A DNA stretch of 64,000 bases from an uncultured candidatus Porisulfidus sp. GTDB taxonomy: Bacteria > Pseudomonadota > Gammaproteobacteria > Poriferisulfidales > Poriferisulfidaceae. A model generated the notes under the pieces. That model did no database searches. It worked only from the letters and a program-made list of their open reading frames with translations, and was not told where the DNA came from. The position numbers and the translations under genes were made by a program. Positions 30,858-39,875 of this stretch are shown here, piece after piece. The stretch lies in contig OZ244883.1 in assembly GCA_965221375.1 (NCBI GenBank), positions 384,071-448,070 of the forward strand. Reading direction: 5' to 3'. Numbering within the stretch: position 1 is the stretch's first letter; each line of letters starts with the position of its first letter.

Positions 30858-33569
30858 TTAAACCGCCTCCAGTCTCAAGGCGCAGAATTTAAATTCCGGA
30901 ATCTTCCCGAACGGGTCCAACGCTTCGTTGGTCAGCACGTTGGCGGCCGCTTCGTAAAAGCAAAAGGGCGCGAAGACTTGCCCAGGCATCAGTCCGTCAT
31001 CAATATAAGCCGCGCATTCAATCTGCCCGCGACGCGAACGCAGGCGGATTTGGTGACCGTCCTGAATCTGTAGCGTGGCGGCATCTTGCGGAGCGATGAA
31101 AGCGGCCGCCTCGGGTTCCAGTTCATTGAGAGTGGAGGCGCGACGAGTTAGGGCGCCGGTGTGCCAGTGCTCCAGAAGGCGTCCGGTAATCAAGATGTGC
31201 GGGTATTCGGGGTCGGGCATTTCGGCAGCGTGACGAAATGCAGCCGGCACCAGGCGGGCCTTGCCGCTGGCGGTGGGAAACGTCGTCTCAAATAAAACTT
31301 CCTGACCCGGATCCTGCGGGGTGTCGCAAGGGTAGGTGACAGAGTGTTCCTGCTCCAGCCGGTCCCAGCGAATGCCCTGGATGCTGGCCATGCATTGGCG
31401 CATTTCTTCGAACACGTCGCGTGCCTCCATGGCGGGCCAGTCAAGGCCCATGCGCTGAGCGATTTGCTGGATGATCCACAGGTCTTGCCGGGCATCCCCC
31501 GGCGGCGGGTGCGCGGGTCTACCCAGTTGCACCCGACGGTCGGTGTTGGTGTAAGTGCCCCATTTTTCCATGGCGGCGGAAGCGGGAAGAACGACATGCG
31601 CGTAGGCCGCCGTCTCGGTCAGAAACAGATCCTGGACGACCAGATGCTCCAGCTTTGCCAGTGCCGCCCGGGCATGGTTCAGATTCGGGTCGGACATGGC
31701 CGGGTTTTCTCCCATGATGTACATGCCCCGGATTTCTCCCGCATGGGCCGCCTGCATGATTTCAACCACGGTGCGTCCGGGTTGGGGGTCCAGAGACGTG
31801 TTCCAGAGTTTTTCAAAGCGGGCTCGCGCCTCGGCATCATCGACCCGCTGGTAGTCCGGGTAGACCATGGGAATAAGGCCGACATCGGAGGCGCCCTGGA
31901 CATTGTTTTGACCGCGCAGGGGATGCAGGCCGGTGCCGCGTCGTCCGATCTGACCGGTAATGAGTGCCAGGGCGATTAGGCAGCGGGCATTGTCGGTGCC
32001 GTGGATATGCTGGGAGATGCCCATGCCCCAGAAAATCATGGCGTTGTCTGCCGTCGCATAGCGACGGGCGGCCTCTCGAATGTCGGCGGCATCGATGCCG
32101 CACAAAGACTGCACACGCTCCGGTGAATAGTCCTGGACGTGTCGGACCAGAGCTTCGTAACCGTCCGTACGGGTTTGGATGAATTCAGGATCGGTCCAAC
32201 CCTGTTCGATGATGGTATAAAGCAAAGCATTGAGAAGTGCGACATCCGTATCCGGATGAAACTGCAGAAACACGTCGGCATGGCGGGCCAGATCGGTCCG
32301 CCGCGGGTCGAGGACCATCAGGGTTTTGCCGCTGCGGGCCGCATTTTTCATAAAGGTGGCGGCGACCGGATGATTGACGGTGGGGTTGGCGCCGATGATT
32401 AGAAGAGTGTCGGCATCGGCGACATCGCGAACCGGGTTGGAGACGGCAGCGGAGCCGATGCCTTCAAGCAGTGCGGCGACAGAGGAGGCGTGACACAGAC
32501 GGGTGCAGTGGTCGACTTGGTTGCTGCCGAATGCGCAACGCACCAGTTTTTGAAATAAATAGGCCTCTTCGTTACTGCCTTTGGCGCAGCCGAAGCCTGC
32601 CAAGGCCAGCGGTCCGTGCGTGTCGCGCAATTGGACCAATGGCGTGGCGGCGGCATCCAAAGCCTCTTCCCACGAAGCCGGTCGAAACCAGGAGCGCATG
32701 TCGGAGGCCGAAAGTTGCTCCAGATCGAAATCACGGGGAGCATCCGCCTTGCGAATCAGAGGTTCGGTCAAGCGGTCAGGATGGTAGACGTAATCGTAGC
32801 CGTAGCGGCCCTTCACGCACAGCCGGGAATGGTTGGAGGGACCGTCGCGACCCTGAACCTCAATAATGCGGTTGTTCTGGACTTTCCAGGTCAGCAGGCA
32901 GCCGACACCGCAATAAGGACAGACCGAATCGACTTCACGAGGAGTTTGTTCGGCATGGGATAGGGATTGCAGGGCGCCCGTTGGGCAGGCGTGGACACAC
33001 TCCCCGCAGCCGACACAGGAACTGTCGCCCATCGGGTCGTCCAGATCAAACACAATGGCCGAGTCGCTGCCGCGCTGGGCATAACCGATGACATCATTGT
33101 TCTGGACCTCGCGACAGGCGCGTACGCATCGAGTGCACTGAATACATGCGTCGAGTTGCACACGGATGGCCGGATGCGATGCATCTGCATCCGGTTGTCG
33201 GCGCATGGCGAAGCGGGATTGCTTGATGTCGAACTGGGCGGCCCAGGCGTGAAGTTCGCAGTCGTCGTCGCGTTGTTGCTGCATGTCCGAAAGCAGTAAC
33301 TCCAACACCATTTTTTGGGCGGCACGAGCACGCGGGTGGGTGGAGTGGACCTGCATACCGGCTTGAGGTTTGCGCACGCAGGCGGGCTGCAGGGCGCGTT
33401 CCCCTTCAATTTCGACCATACAGGCCCGGCAGTTGCCGTCGGCACGCAAGCCTTCGGTATAGCACAGATGGGGGATGTCGATGCCTTCGCGACGAGCCGC
33501 CTGCAGAATGCTTTCGTCCGGAAGCGCTTCTATGGCTTGCCCATTCAATGAAAAAGGAATGCGACTCAT
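30858..33569 (-). CDS. fdsA: NAD-dependent formate dehydrogenase alpha subunit (Mo-bisMGD, Cys-type)
   Basis: Start re-set to MSRIPFSLNGQ. N-terminal 2Fe-2S and 4Fe-4S NuoG-like cysteine clusters. Molybdopterin domain with Cys (CTRLCHASSVAAL) at the Sec/Cys position. Confidence 0.85.
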   Translation of the reverse strand: MSRIPFSLNGQAIEALPDESILQAARREGIDIPHLCYTEGLRADGNCRACMVEIEGERALQPACVRKPQAGMQVHSTHPRARAAQKMVLELLLSDMQQQRDDDCELHAWAAQFDIKQSRFAMRRQPDADASHPAIRVQLDACIQCTRCVRACREVQNNDVIGYAQRGSDSAIVFDLDDPMGDSSCVGCGECVHACPTGALQSLSHAEQTPREVDSVCPYCGVGCLLTWKVQNNRIIEVQGRDGPSNHSRLCVKGRYGYDYVYHPDRLTEPLIRKADAPRDFDLEQLSASDMRSWFRPASWEEALDAAATPLVQLRDTHGPLALAGFGCAKGSNEEAYLFQKLVRCAFGSNQVDHCTRLCHASSVAALLEGIGSAAVSNPVRDVADADTLLIIGANPTVNHPVAATFMKNAARSGKTLMVLDPRRTDLARHADVFLQFHPDTDVALLNALLYTIIEQGWTDPEFIQTRTDGYEALVRHVQDYSPERVQSLCGIDAADIREAARRYATADNAMIFWGMGISQHIHGTDNARCLIALALITGQIGRRGTGLHPLRGQNNVQGASDVGLIPMVYPDYQRVDDAEARARFEKLWNTSLDPQPGRTVVEIMQAAHAGEIRGMYIMGENPAMSDPNLNHARAALAKLEHLVVQDLFLTETAAYAHVVLPASAAMEKWGTYTNTDRRVQLGRPAHPPPGDARQDLWIIQQIAQRMGLDWPAMEARDVFEEMRQCMASIQGIRWDRLEQEHSVTYPCDTPQDPGQEVLFETTFPTASGKARLVPAAFRHAAEMPDPEYPHILITGRLLEHWHTGALTRRASTLNELEPEAAAFIAPQDAATLQIQDGHQIRLRSRRGQIECAAYIDDGLMPGQVFAPFCFYEAAANVLTNEALDPFGKIPEFKFCALRLEAV

Positions 33570-35230
33570 GGACCGACTTCCTTGGGGAAATAGCGCAGGA
33601 TGGATTGGGCCGGGTTGGGAGCGGCCTGGCCCAGACCGCAAATCGAGGCGTCGCGCATCGTATCCGACAGCTCATTCAACAGGTCCGCATCCCACTGGGG
33701 CTCGCGCATGAGGGTGACCGCCTTGGCCGTGCCGACCCGACAGGGGGTGCATTTGCCGCAGGATTCATGGGCGAAGAACTGCATGGCGTTGAGGGCCGCA
33801 TCGCGGGCCTGATCATGTTGGGACAATACGATAATGGCCCCGGAGCCCAGGAAACAGCCGTATTCTTCTAAAGTGCCGAAGTCCAGAGGCACATCGGCCA
33901 GTTCCGCCGGCAACATGCCGCCCGAAGCGCCGCCTGGGAAATAGCCGTACAACTCATGTCCGGGGCTCATCCCGCCGCCGTACTCTTCGATCAGTTCACG
34001 CACGGTGATGCCCGCGGGTGCCAGATAGACGCCCGGTTTGCGAACGCGGCCACTGAGCGAATAGGAGCGCAAGCCTTGTCGCCCATGACGGCCTTGGCTG
34101 CAGTACCAGTCGGCACCCTGCTCAAGAATTTTGGGGACCCACAGCAAGGTTTCCAGGTTATGTTCGAGCGTGGGTCGACCAAACAGGCCGCATTCGGCAA
34201 TATAGGGAGGACGCAAGCGCGGCATGCCGCGCTTGCCTTCAATGGATTCAATCATGGCTGATTCTTCGCCGCAGACGTAAGCTCCCGCGCCACGGCGCAA
34301 CTCCAGGGTCGGCAGAGGGTGCGGAAAGTTTTCCTGCAAATCCTGCAGTGCCCCCGCCAGCATGGCGCGGGCACCCGCATACTCGTCACGAATATACAAA
34401 TAAACCTCCTCGGCTTCGATGACGTGGGCGGCGATCAGCACCCCCTCAAGAAAGGGGTGCAACTGGTGCTCCAGGTAATACCGGTCTTTGAAGGTGCCGG
34501 GTTCACCTTCGTCGATATTGACGGCCAGCAGACGGGGTTTGGGGTAATCGCGCACGATGCGCCATTTGCGGGCAACCGGAAAACCGGCGCCCCCCAAGCC
34601 ACGCAGGTCGGCCTGTTCAATGACTTGAAGAAGGTCGTCCGTACCAAGTGCGCCATCCAACAGGCGCTGCAGTTGGGTATAGGCCCCCTGATTGCAGGCT
34701 TCCGTGTAAGTGGGGGCGGCAGGCTCCAAGTCTTCCAGATGGGCCTGTTCCACTGCCGCGCAGACCGTCTCGGCGGTGGCCTGTTCGACGGGATAGCGAC
34801 GCACAACGGCAACCGGAGCGTCCGCGCAACGGCCGATACAGGAGACTTTTTGAATACGTGCCTCAGGCAAGCGTTCGGTCAATTCTGCGGCCAGTGCCTC
34901 GGCTCCAAATAGGGCACAGGTAATGGATTCGCAGACACGGATGGTCAATTCCGGCGGCGGTTCGGCGCCGTCGGGCACGACATCGAAGTGGTGGTAGAAC
35001 GAAGCGACTTCGTAGACTTCGGCAACGGACAATTTCAACCGCTCCGCCAAAGCGGCCAAATGTGCCGCCGAAAGGCTTCCGTAGAAATCCTGGATGGCGT
35101 GAAGAGACTCCAGCAGTTGATCACGCCGCGTAGGTCGACCGTCCAGCAATTGCGCGACTTCGGCGCGGGCTTCGGGAGTGACCGTGTGACCGCGTCGCCG
35201 GCGGTGAGGGGTCGATCCGTCGGCAGACAT
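33566..35230 (-). CDS. fdsB: Formate dehydrogenase beta subunit with fused N-terminal gamma (NuoE-like + NuoF-like)
   Basis: 554 aa. N-terminal NuoE-type 2Fe-2S thioredoxin-like domain (CESITCALFG...CIGRCADAP). Then a NuoF-like FMN/NAD/4Fe-4S domain (GLGGAGFPVARKW, ESCGKCTPCRVG). 4-nt overlap with fdsA. Confidence 0.8.
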   Translation of the reverse strand: MSADGSTPHRRRRGHTVTPEARAEVAQLLDGRPTRRDQLLESLHAIQDFYGSLSAAHLAALAERLKLSVAEVYEVASFYHHFDVVPDGAEPPPELTIRVCESITCALFGAEALAAELTERLPEARIQKVSCIGRCADAPVAVVRRYPVEQATAETVCAAVEQAHLEDLEPAAPTYTEACNQGAYTQLQRLLDGALGTDDLLQVIEQADLRGLGGAGFPVARKWRIVRDYPKPRLLAVNIDEGEPGTFKDRYYLEHQLHPFLEGVLIAAHVIEAEEVYLYIRDEYAGARAMLAGALQDLQENFPHPLPTLELRRGAGAYVCGEESAMIESIEGKRGMPRLRPPYIAECGLFGRPTLEHNLETLLWVPKILEQGADWYCSQGRHGRQGLRSYSLSGRVRKPGVYLAPAGITVRELIEEYGGGMSPGHELYGYFPGGASGGMLPAELADVPLDFGTLEEYGCFLGSGAIIVLSQHDQARDAALNAMQFFAHESCGKCTPCRVGTAKAVTLMREPQWDADLLNELSDTMRDASICGLGQAAPNPAQSILRYFPKEVGP

Positions 35231-35239
35231 GGGCGGCCG

Positions 35240-35752
35240 TCAGGATAGAAGGTTGTTAAAAAACTCCAAGGCTTGCGAGGAGTCCCACTCGCGCTCGCCG
35301 ATGGCCCAGTAACGGGCATGCCCTTGTGCGTCAATCAGAAAAGTGGAGGGAAGCGCACGAACACCCCATCCGTCCAGCTGCAGGTCCTCGTCCATCAGAA
35401 TCGGAAAACTGACGGGGGTCTCTTCAAGAAACTTTTCGATATCGGCGCTGGGGCCGACATGGACGCCAATCACTTCAAAGGCGGTTCCGCCCAACTGTTG
35501 GTTGAGGCGGTCCAGCGCGGGCATTTCTCGGCGACAAGGCGCACACCAGGTGGCCCAAAAGTTAATCAACAGCACGCGACCTCGCTGCTGGTTCAGGCGC
35601 CAGTGTTGACCATCCAGAGTTGGCAGTACGAAATCAGGGGCGAGGTCTCCAGAGGCCGGATTCATGAGTTCCGGTTCCTCTGAGCACCCGGCCAATGCCA
35701 GAGTGCAGGCCAGCAGCAGGATCTGCCGGCTAAGGGAGGAGCGACGGTTCAT
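35240..35752 (-). CDS. TlpA/ResA-like thiol-disulfide oxidoreductase lipoprotein
   Basis: Lipobox LALAGC. Thioredoxin motif WATWCAPC. Confidence 0.75.
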   Translation of the reverse strand: MNRRSSLSRQILLLACTLALAGCSEEPELMNPASGDLAPDFVLPTLDGQHWRLNQQRGRVLLINFWATWCAPCRREMPALDRLNQQLGGTAFEVIGVHVGPSADIEKFLEETPVSFPILMDEDLQLDGWGVRALPSTFLIDAQGHARYWAIGEREWDSSQALEFFNNLLS

Positions 35753-37097
35753 GGGCCCAGTTGGGGTCGGTCAAACTCAAGTCTCCGATCGGGGCGGCGA
35801 AGGCATCGGCGACAATTTCAGTCACGGTATCGCCGGTCAAAGCCCGTAGAAAGGCCTCCAAATCCTGTTTTTCCGTCTCCGTCAGATTGAGCGGCGTAAT
35901 CAGGGGTGACAGCAACTCATTAGGAATGCCGCCGCGGTCGTAAAAATCGATTACTTCCCGCAAGGTATCAAATTGACCGTTGTGCATGTAGGGAGCGGTC
36001 AGGGTGACGTTACGCAAGCTCTGGGTGCGGAATTTCCAGCGATCGTTCGGGTTTTCCGTGACCCGATACAGTCCGAGATCGTTGGGCATCCGTTGTTGGG
36101 TGACGCTGTCGATCTTTTCATTGGGGACATCCGCAAAGACCCCGGGTGCCAGTTGGACGCGGGTTGTGCCGGGCTTCGTCGACTCCAGCGGCTTGTCGAA
36201 CGTCACGGCATAACCGAGACCGGTGTTGTGGAATTGCTGGTCGGTAAACAATGCATGATCTTTCGCAATGGTATGGCAGGCGAAGCAGCGGGCTTTGCCT
36301 GAAAACAAGGTGAATCCGCGTTTGACATCTTCCTCCACCGCATCCGGCTGGTTACCAAAATGCCAGCGGTCGAAAGGGGAATCGCCGGCCAGCAGGGTGC
36401 GCTGGTAGCTGGCCAGCGCCTGGCCCACCGTCAGAATGTTGGGCCCCGCGCCGTCGAAAGTCCGTTCAAACAAGCCGTCGTAGTCCTGCATGCGGCTGAT
36501 CTTGTGGACCAGCCAGCCAATGGAAGGCGCTGCCATTTCGTTGTGCGCGGTGAGAGGCTGCCAGACCTGGTTTTCAAGGCTGTGTTCGCGACCGTCCAGA
36601 AACAGTCGAGTCAGGTAGGCGATGTTGTAGAGGCTGGGCGAGTTACGTAATACGGAACGGCCTTCGATGCCGACCGCGGTACGCATTTCATTGTTGGTGA
36701 AGCCTTGTTCCGGAATATGGCAGGTGGCACAGGAGAACGTGTCGTTGAAAGACAGCCGGCGGTCAAAAAAAAGTTTCCGCCCCAGGTCAATTTTCGGCCG
36801 CGTCAGCGGGTTGTCGGCCGGGATGGGTACGGCGGGCAGACCCAACGGCGGATTTTGCGCGAAGCGGATCAGGTCCTTTTTGATGCCTCGCCGCTGCAGC
36901 AGGCTTTTGGAGCGGGTTTCGTAATCCGCACTTTCATAGCCTTCCTTGACATCGCCGGGGCCTTGGGTTTGGGTGGCATCAAACGCCTGGGGCGAGTCGA
37001 CTTCGCCACTGGTTTCAGCACCCGCCGATGCAATCAGACTGAAACCGATGCCAATGGCGAGGCACGTGCGGAGGCGAGGCCAGGCCATCGGAAGCAT
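35730..37097 (-). CDS. Dihaem cytochrome c peroxidase family protein (CCP/MauG family)
   Basis: 455 aa. Signal peptide. Two CxxCH motifs (CATCH, CFACH) in the CCP/MauG arrangement. Confidence 0.85.
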   Translation of the reverse strand: MLPMAWPRLRTCLAIGIGFSLIASAGAETSGEVDSPQAFDATQTQGPGDVKEGYESADYETRSKSLLQRRGIKKDLIRFAQNPPLGLPAVPIPADNPLTRPKIDLGRKLFFDRRLSFNDTFSCATCHIPEQGFTNNEMRTAVGIEGRSVLRNSPSLYNIAYLTRLFLDGREHSLENQVWQPLTAHNEMAAPSIGWLVHKISRMQDYDGLFERTFDGAGPNILTVGQALASYQRTLLAGDSPFDRWHFGNQPDAVEEDVKRGFTLFSGKARCFACHTIAKDHALFTDQQFHNTGLGYAVTFDKPLESTKPGTTRVQLAPGVFADVPNEKIDSVTQQRMPNDLGLYRVTENPNDRWKFRTQSLRNVTLTAPYMHNGQFDTLREVIDFYDRGGIPNELLSPLITPLNLTETEKQDLEAFLRALTGDTVTEIVADAFAAPIGDLSLTDPNWAHEPSLLP

Positions 37098-37105
37098 GGA
37101 AGTTT

Positions 37106-37804
37106 TCAGAGCGTCGATTCTTCCATGAGCAACGTTTCAAGATCGCTCAGTAACAGGTCGGGATGGAGAAAGGAGACACTGTAAATATTGCGAATCCGAC
37201 GCTCACGGTCGATCAAATACACCCGCAGCATGTGGGCGTAGTCGCCCGTGTAACGTCCCTCTTCATCGTATTCGGCAATGGTGTATTGGCCATAGTCATC
37301 CAGAATCGGCTCCAGGGCGGCTCGGTCGGGAGCCGTCAAAAACTGCCAGTCGACGCCTTTTTCACCCAGCCCACGCCCGAACTCACGCATCACTTCGGGC
37401 GAGTCGTGGTCCGGATCGAAGGACATGGAAAGCAGCCGCGTGGCCGCCGCCAGATCCGGTCGCGTTTCCATTTTTTTCTGCAGTTTGTGAAAGACCGCAT
37501 TGGCGAGGGGACAACCATTGATGTCCGAGCAGCGCGTATAGATGAAACTGAACAGCACCAAGCGGTCTCCCATGAGATCGAGCAACTGCGCCGGTTGGCC
37601 ATCTTCGAGCAACACGTTTCCATTGGCGGCCTGCATAATCGGGGGCAACTTGTAAGTGCCTGGGGCCGGAGGCGGGTAATCCAAAGCCCGCCAGCCGGGG
37701 GCGAGCACCTCTGGCTGTGAAGAAGCAAACGTGGGAAGGACACAGGTCGCAACCAGCAGACCTATGGCCAAGCGTACGGGAGTCACCAAGTTCAAAAGCA
37801 TCAA
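37106..37804 (-). CDS. SCO1/SenC family copper chaperone
   Basis: 232 aa. FIYTRCSDINGCP, SFDPDHDSPE, HMLRVYLIDRE motifs. AAGGAGG SD upstream. Confidence 0.8.
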   Translation of the reverse strand: MMLLNLVTPVRLAIGLLVATCVLPTFASSQPEVLAPGWRALDYPPPAPGTYKLPPIMQAANGNVLLEDGQPAQLLDLMGDRLVLFSFIYTRCSDINGCPLANAVFHKLQKKMETRPDLAAATRLLSMSFDPDHDSPEVMREFGRGLGEKGVDWQFLTAPDRAALEPILDDYGQYTIAEYDEEGRYTGDYAHMLRVYLIDRERRIRNIYSVSFLHPDLLLSDLETLLMEESTL

Positions 37805-37865
37805 GAAAACCTCCTTTGAGGAAATATTGTATTAGTCTTTTGTCACAAGTTCAGGGTTCCCGTTG

Positions 37866-37900
37866 CAAGAAAAAGCCGCCCCGGCAAAACGGGGCGGCTT
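37866..37900 (-). terminator. Intrinsic terminator after the SBP56 gene (minus strand)
   Basis: 11-bp perfect stem AAGCCGCCCCG/CGGGGCGGCTT, loop gcaaaa, followed on the minus strand by TTTTTCT. Confidence 0.7.
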
Positions 37901-37937
37901 CAGGCTTATCGTGGCGGGAGACCCGCCTTCGATTTAA

Positions 37938-39281
37938 TTACTCAGCCGCGGCAACTCTGGCACGCGATGCGGATTTGCCTCCGTAGAGCGAATAGGCGCC
38001 GAAGCGCATCTGGTGCGAACGCCCCAGCTTGTGCTCATAGAAGTCAATGGTCCACTGGTGCTTCAGCTCATTGCCGTCCCAGTGATACAGCTTGACATAC
38101 TGCTCATCGGCTTCGCCGGTCTTATCCCAGTTGCCCAGCAGCGAACTGGAGTAATAGAGGCGCGCGCCGTCCCAGCTTTGCGACACCATGTTGACCTGAC
38201 TGCCAATCGCTGCCTCAAGAACCTGGTGGGGATTGTGCGGGTCACTGATATCGAAGTAGCGGGTCATGCCATCCAAAAACGTGTTAATCCACAGGCCGGT
38301 GTCGTCCGCAGTAATGGAAATGTCTACCGGCAACGGTATTTTGGAGGGATCGCCAACGTCCGCAACTGCTTTGCCGTGCCATTCACCGGCTTCATCTTCA
38401 TACAGCAACCAGAGTTGCGAGGTCAGTGCCGTGGTGGTGAAGCAATAGCGGTGATTGGGGTCCCAGGCGCAACGAATTTCCAGCGGCGCTCCAGGCACGT
38501 CCAGCACCTTGAGCGGTTTGCGCTCATGCATGTTCCAGACCACCATGGTGTTGCCGAAGCGCTGCATGGCAGCTTGGTCTTTGAGCATCTGGCCGAAATC
38601 CATCATGTAATTGGACCATCCGGTGAAGGAGGACGTGAGCATGACGTTGCTCTCGGCCTTCACGCGCACGTCGTATCCATACCCGTCGGCATGCTGGCCG
38701 GTTTTGACTGCATCACGCAGATCGGCATCGGTCGGCATCCAGTGGGTAGCCACAAACTCGCCCTGGTTGTTGTACTCGGCAAGACCGGTACGACCACCGT
38801 GATCGACGTTGTTGGATAGCGCCGAAATCATCATGCGTCCCGGCAGTGCGTAGAACGTGTGCGGACCGACCAGACCACCGGTTTTTTCCACATAATCAGT
38901 GATGACTTTGTGCAGAGCCGGCTGGCGCGGATTGGAATAGATGTCGAAGATAAAAATCTTGTTGGAGTCCAAACCGCCGGCCCAAAGATATTTGCGGTCG
39001 TCGCTGAGACCCGAATGATGGGCTTCGTTGCGTCCGCCTACAGAAAGCACGCTGACGATCTGGGCATAGGTTTGGGATTCGGGGTTGACGTCGATCGTGA
39101 CCAGTTTGTCCTGCTCGTCACCAAGGCCCTCGACCCCCAGAGTCCAGACATAGACGTAATCTTCTTGACCTTGAATTTTCGCCATATACGGCGACATGCA
39201 GGTTTCATCGGCCTGCGCCGGCATGGCCCACGCAAACATGGCCGCCATCGCCAGGCCTGTTCCAAAAATCTTGTGTTTCAT
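37938..39281 (-). CDS. mtoX: SBP56 (selenium-binding protein) family periplasmic protein, methanethiol oxidase-like
   Basis: Start re-set to MKHKIFGTGLAMAAMFAWAMPAQA (signal peptide, GAGGA SD). SBP56 family throughout. The SCO1 + MauG-like neighbourhood is as described for MtoX. Confidence 0.8.
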   Translation of the reverse strand: MKHKIFGTGLAMAAMFAWAMPAQADETCMSPYMAKIQGQEDYVYVWTLGVEGLGDEQDKLVTIDVNPESQTYAQIVSVLSVGGRNEAHHSGLSDDRKYLWAGGLDSNKIFIFDIYSNPRQPALHKVITDYVEKTGGLVGPHTFYALPGRMMISALSNNVDHGGRTGLAEYNNQGEFVATHWMPTDADLRDAVKTGQHADGYGYDVRVKAESNVMLTSSFTGWSNYMMDFGQMLKDQAAMQRFGNTMVVWNMHERKPLKVLDVPGAPLEIRCAWDPNHRYCFTTTALTSQLWLLYEDEAGEWHGKAVADVGDPSKIPLPVDISITADDTGLWINTFLDGMTRYFDISDPHNPHQVLEAAIGSQVNMVSQSWDGARLYYSSSLLGNWDKTGEADEQYVKLYHWDGNELKHQWTIDFYEHKLGRSHQMRFGAYSLYGGKSASRARVAAAE

Positions 39282-39545
39282 AAATTCCTCAATGGCTAAG
39301 TTTTCAATAATTCCCGGCTTCAGCAGCCGACACACCCCCTACGGGCGCATCCGACTCGGTATCGCCTGCCTCAATTATGGACGAATCTGGCGGTGCGTCA
39401 AGTTGCAGGGCAGCCGAAAAAGTGCGTCTCATCCGGTTTGCCCCCGAATAGGGGCGATGCAAGCAGCGTCGAGGAGCATTGCCGAGCGAAGGATATTGAG
39501 CGTTTAAAGTATGATAAGAAATTCAAAATATCGCCTCCAATAGGG

Positions 39546-39875
39546 ATGTCCAAGGATTTTGTCACGTTGACCGAGCGCGCGGCGGTTCGCATTCAAGAGC
39601 AACTGCCCAAGGACGAGGAAGGGGTCGCCTTGCGTCTGGCTGCACGGCGGCTGGAGGACGGAAGTTTCCATTACGCCATGGGGTTTGATGATCAACATCG
39701 CGAAGGGGATCAGCGTTTCAGTGTTCAAAAGATACCGTTGGTGATCGGAGCCGACAGCCTCGCATTGATACGAGGGATGACTGTCGATTTTGCCGAACTG
39801 GAGCCGGGCGAGACCCGCTTTGTTTTTCTCAACCCCAATGATCCCGCCTACAAACCTCCGACCGAACCGTTGTGA
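39546..39875 (+). CDS. HesB/IscA-fold protein lacking all conserved cysteines
   Basis: Aligns with the IscA core (VTLTERAAVRIQEQL ~ ITLSDSAAARVNTFL; LRLAARRLEDGSFHY ~ LRLGVRTSGCSGMAY). No Cys anywhere. Stop overlaps the kinase start. Confidence 0.55.
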   Translation: MSKDFVTLTERAAVRIQEQLPKDEEGVALRLAARRLEDGSFHYAMGFDDQHREGDQRFSVQKIPLVIGADSLALIRGMTVDFAELEPGETRFVFLNPNDPAYKPPTEPL

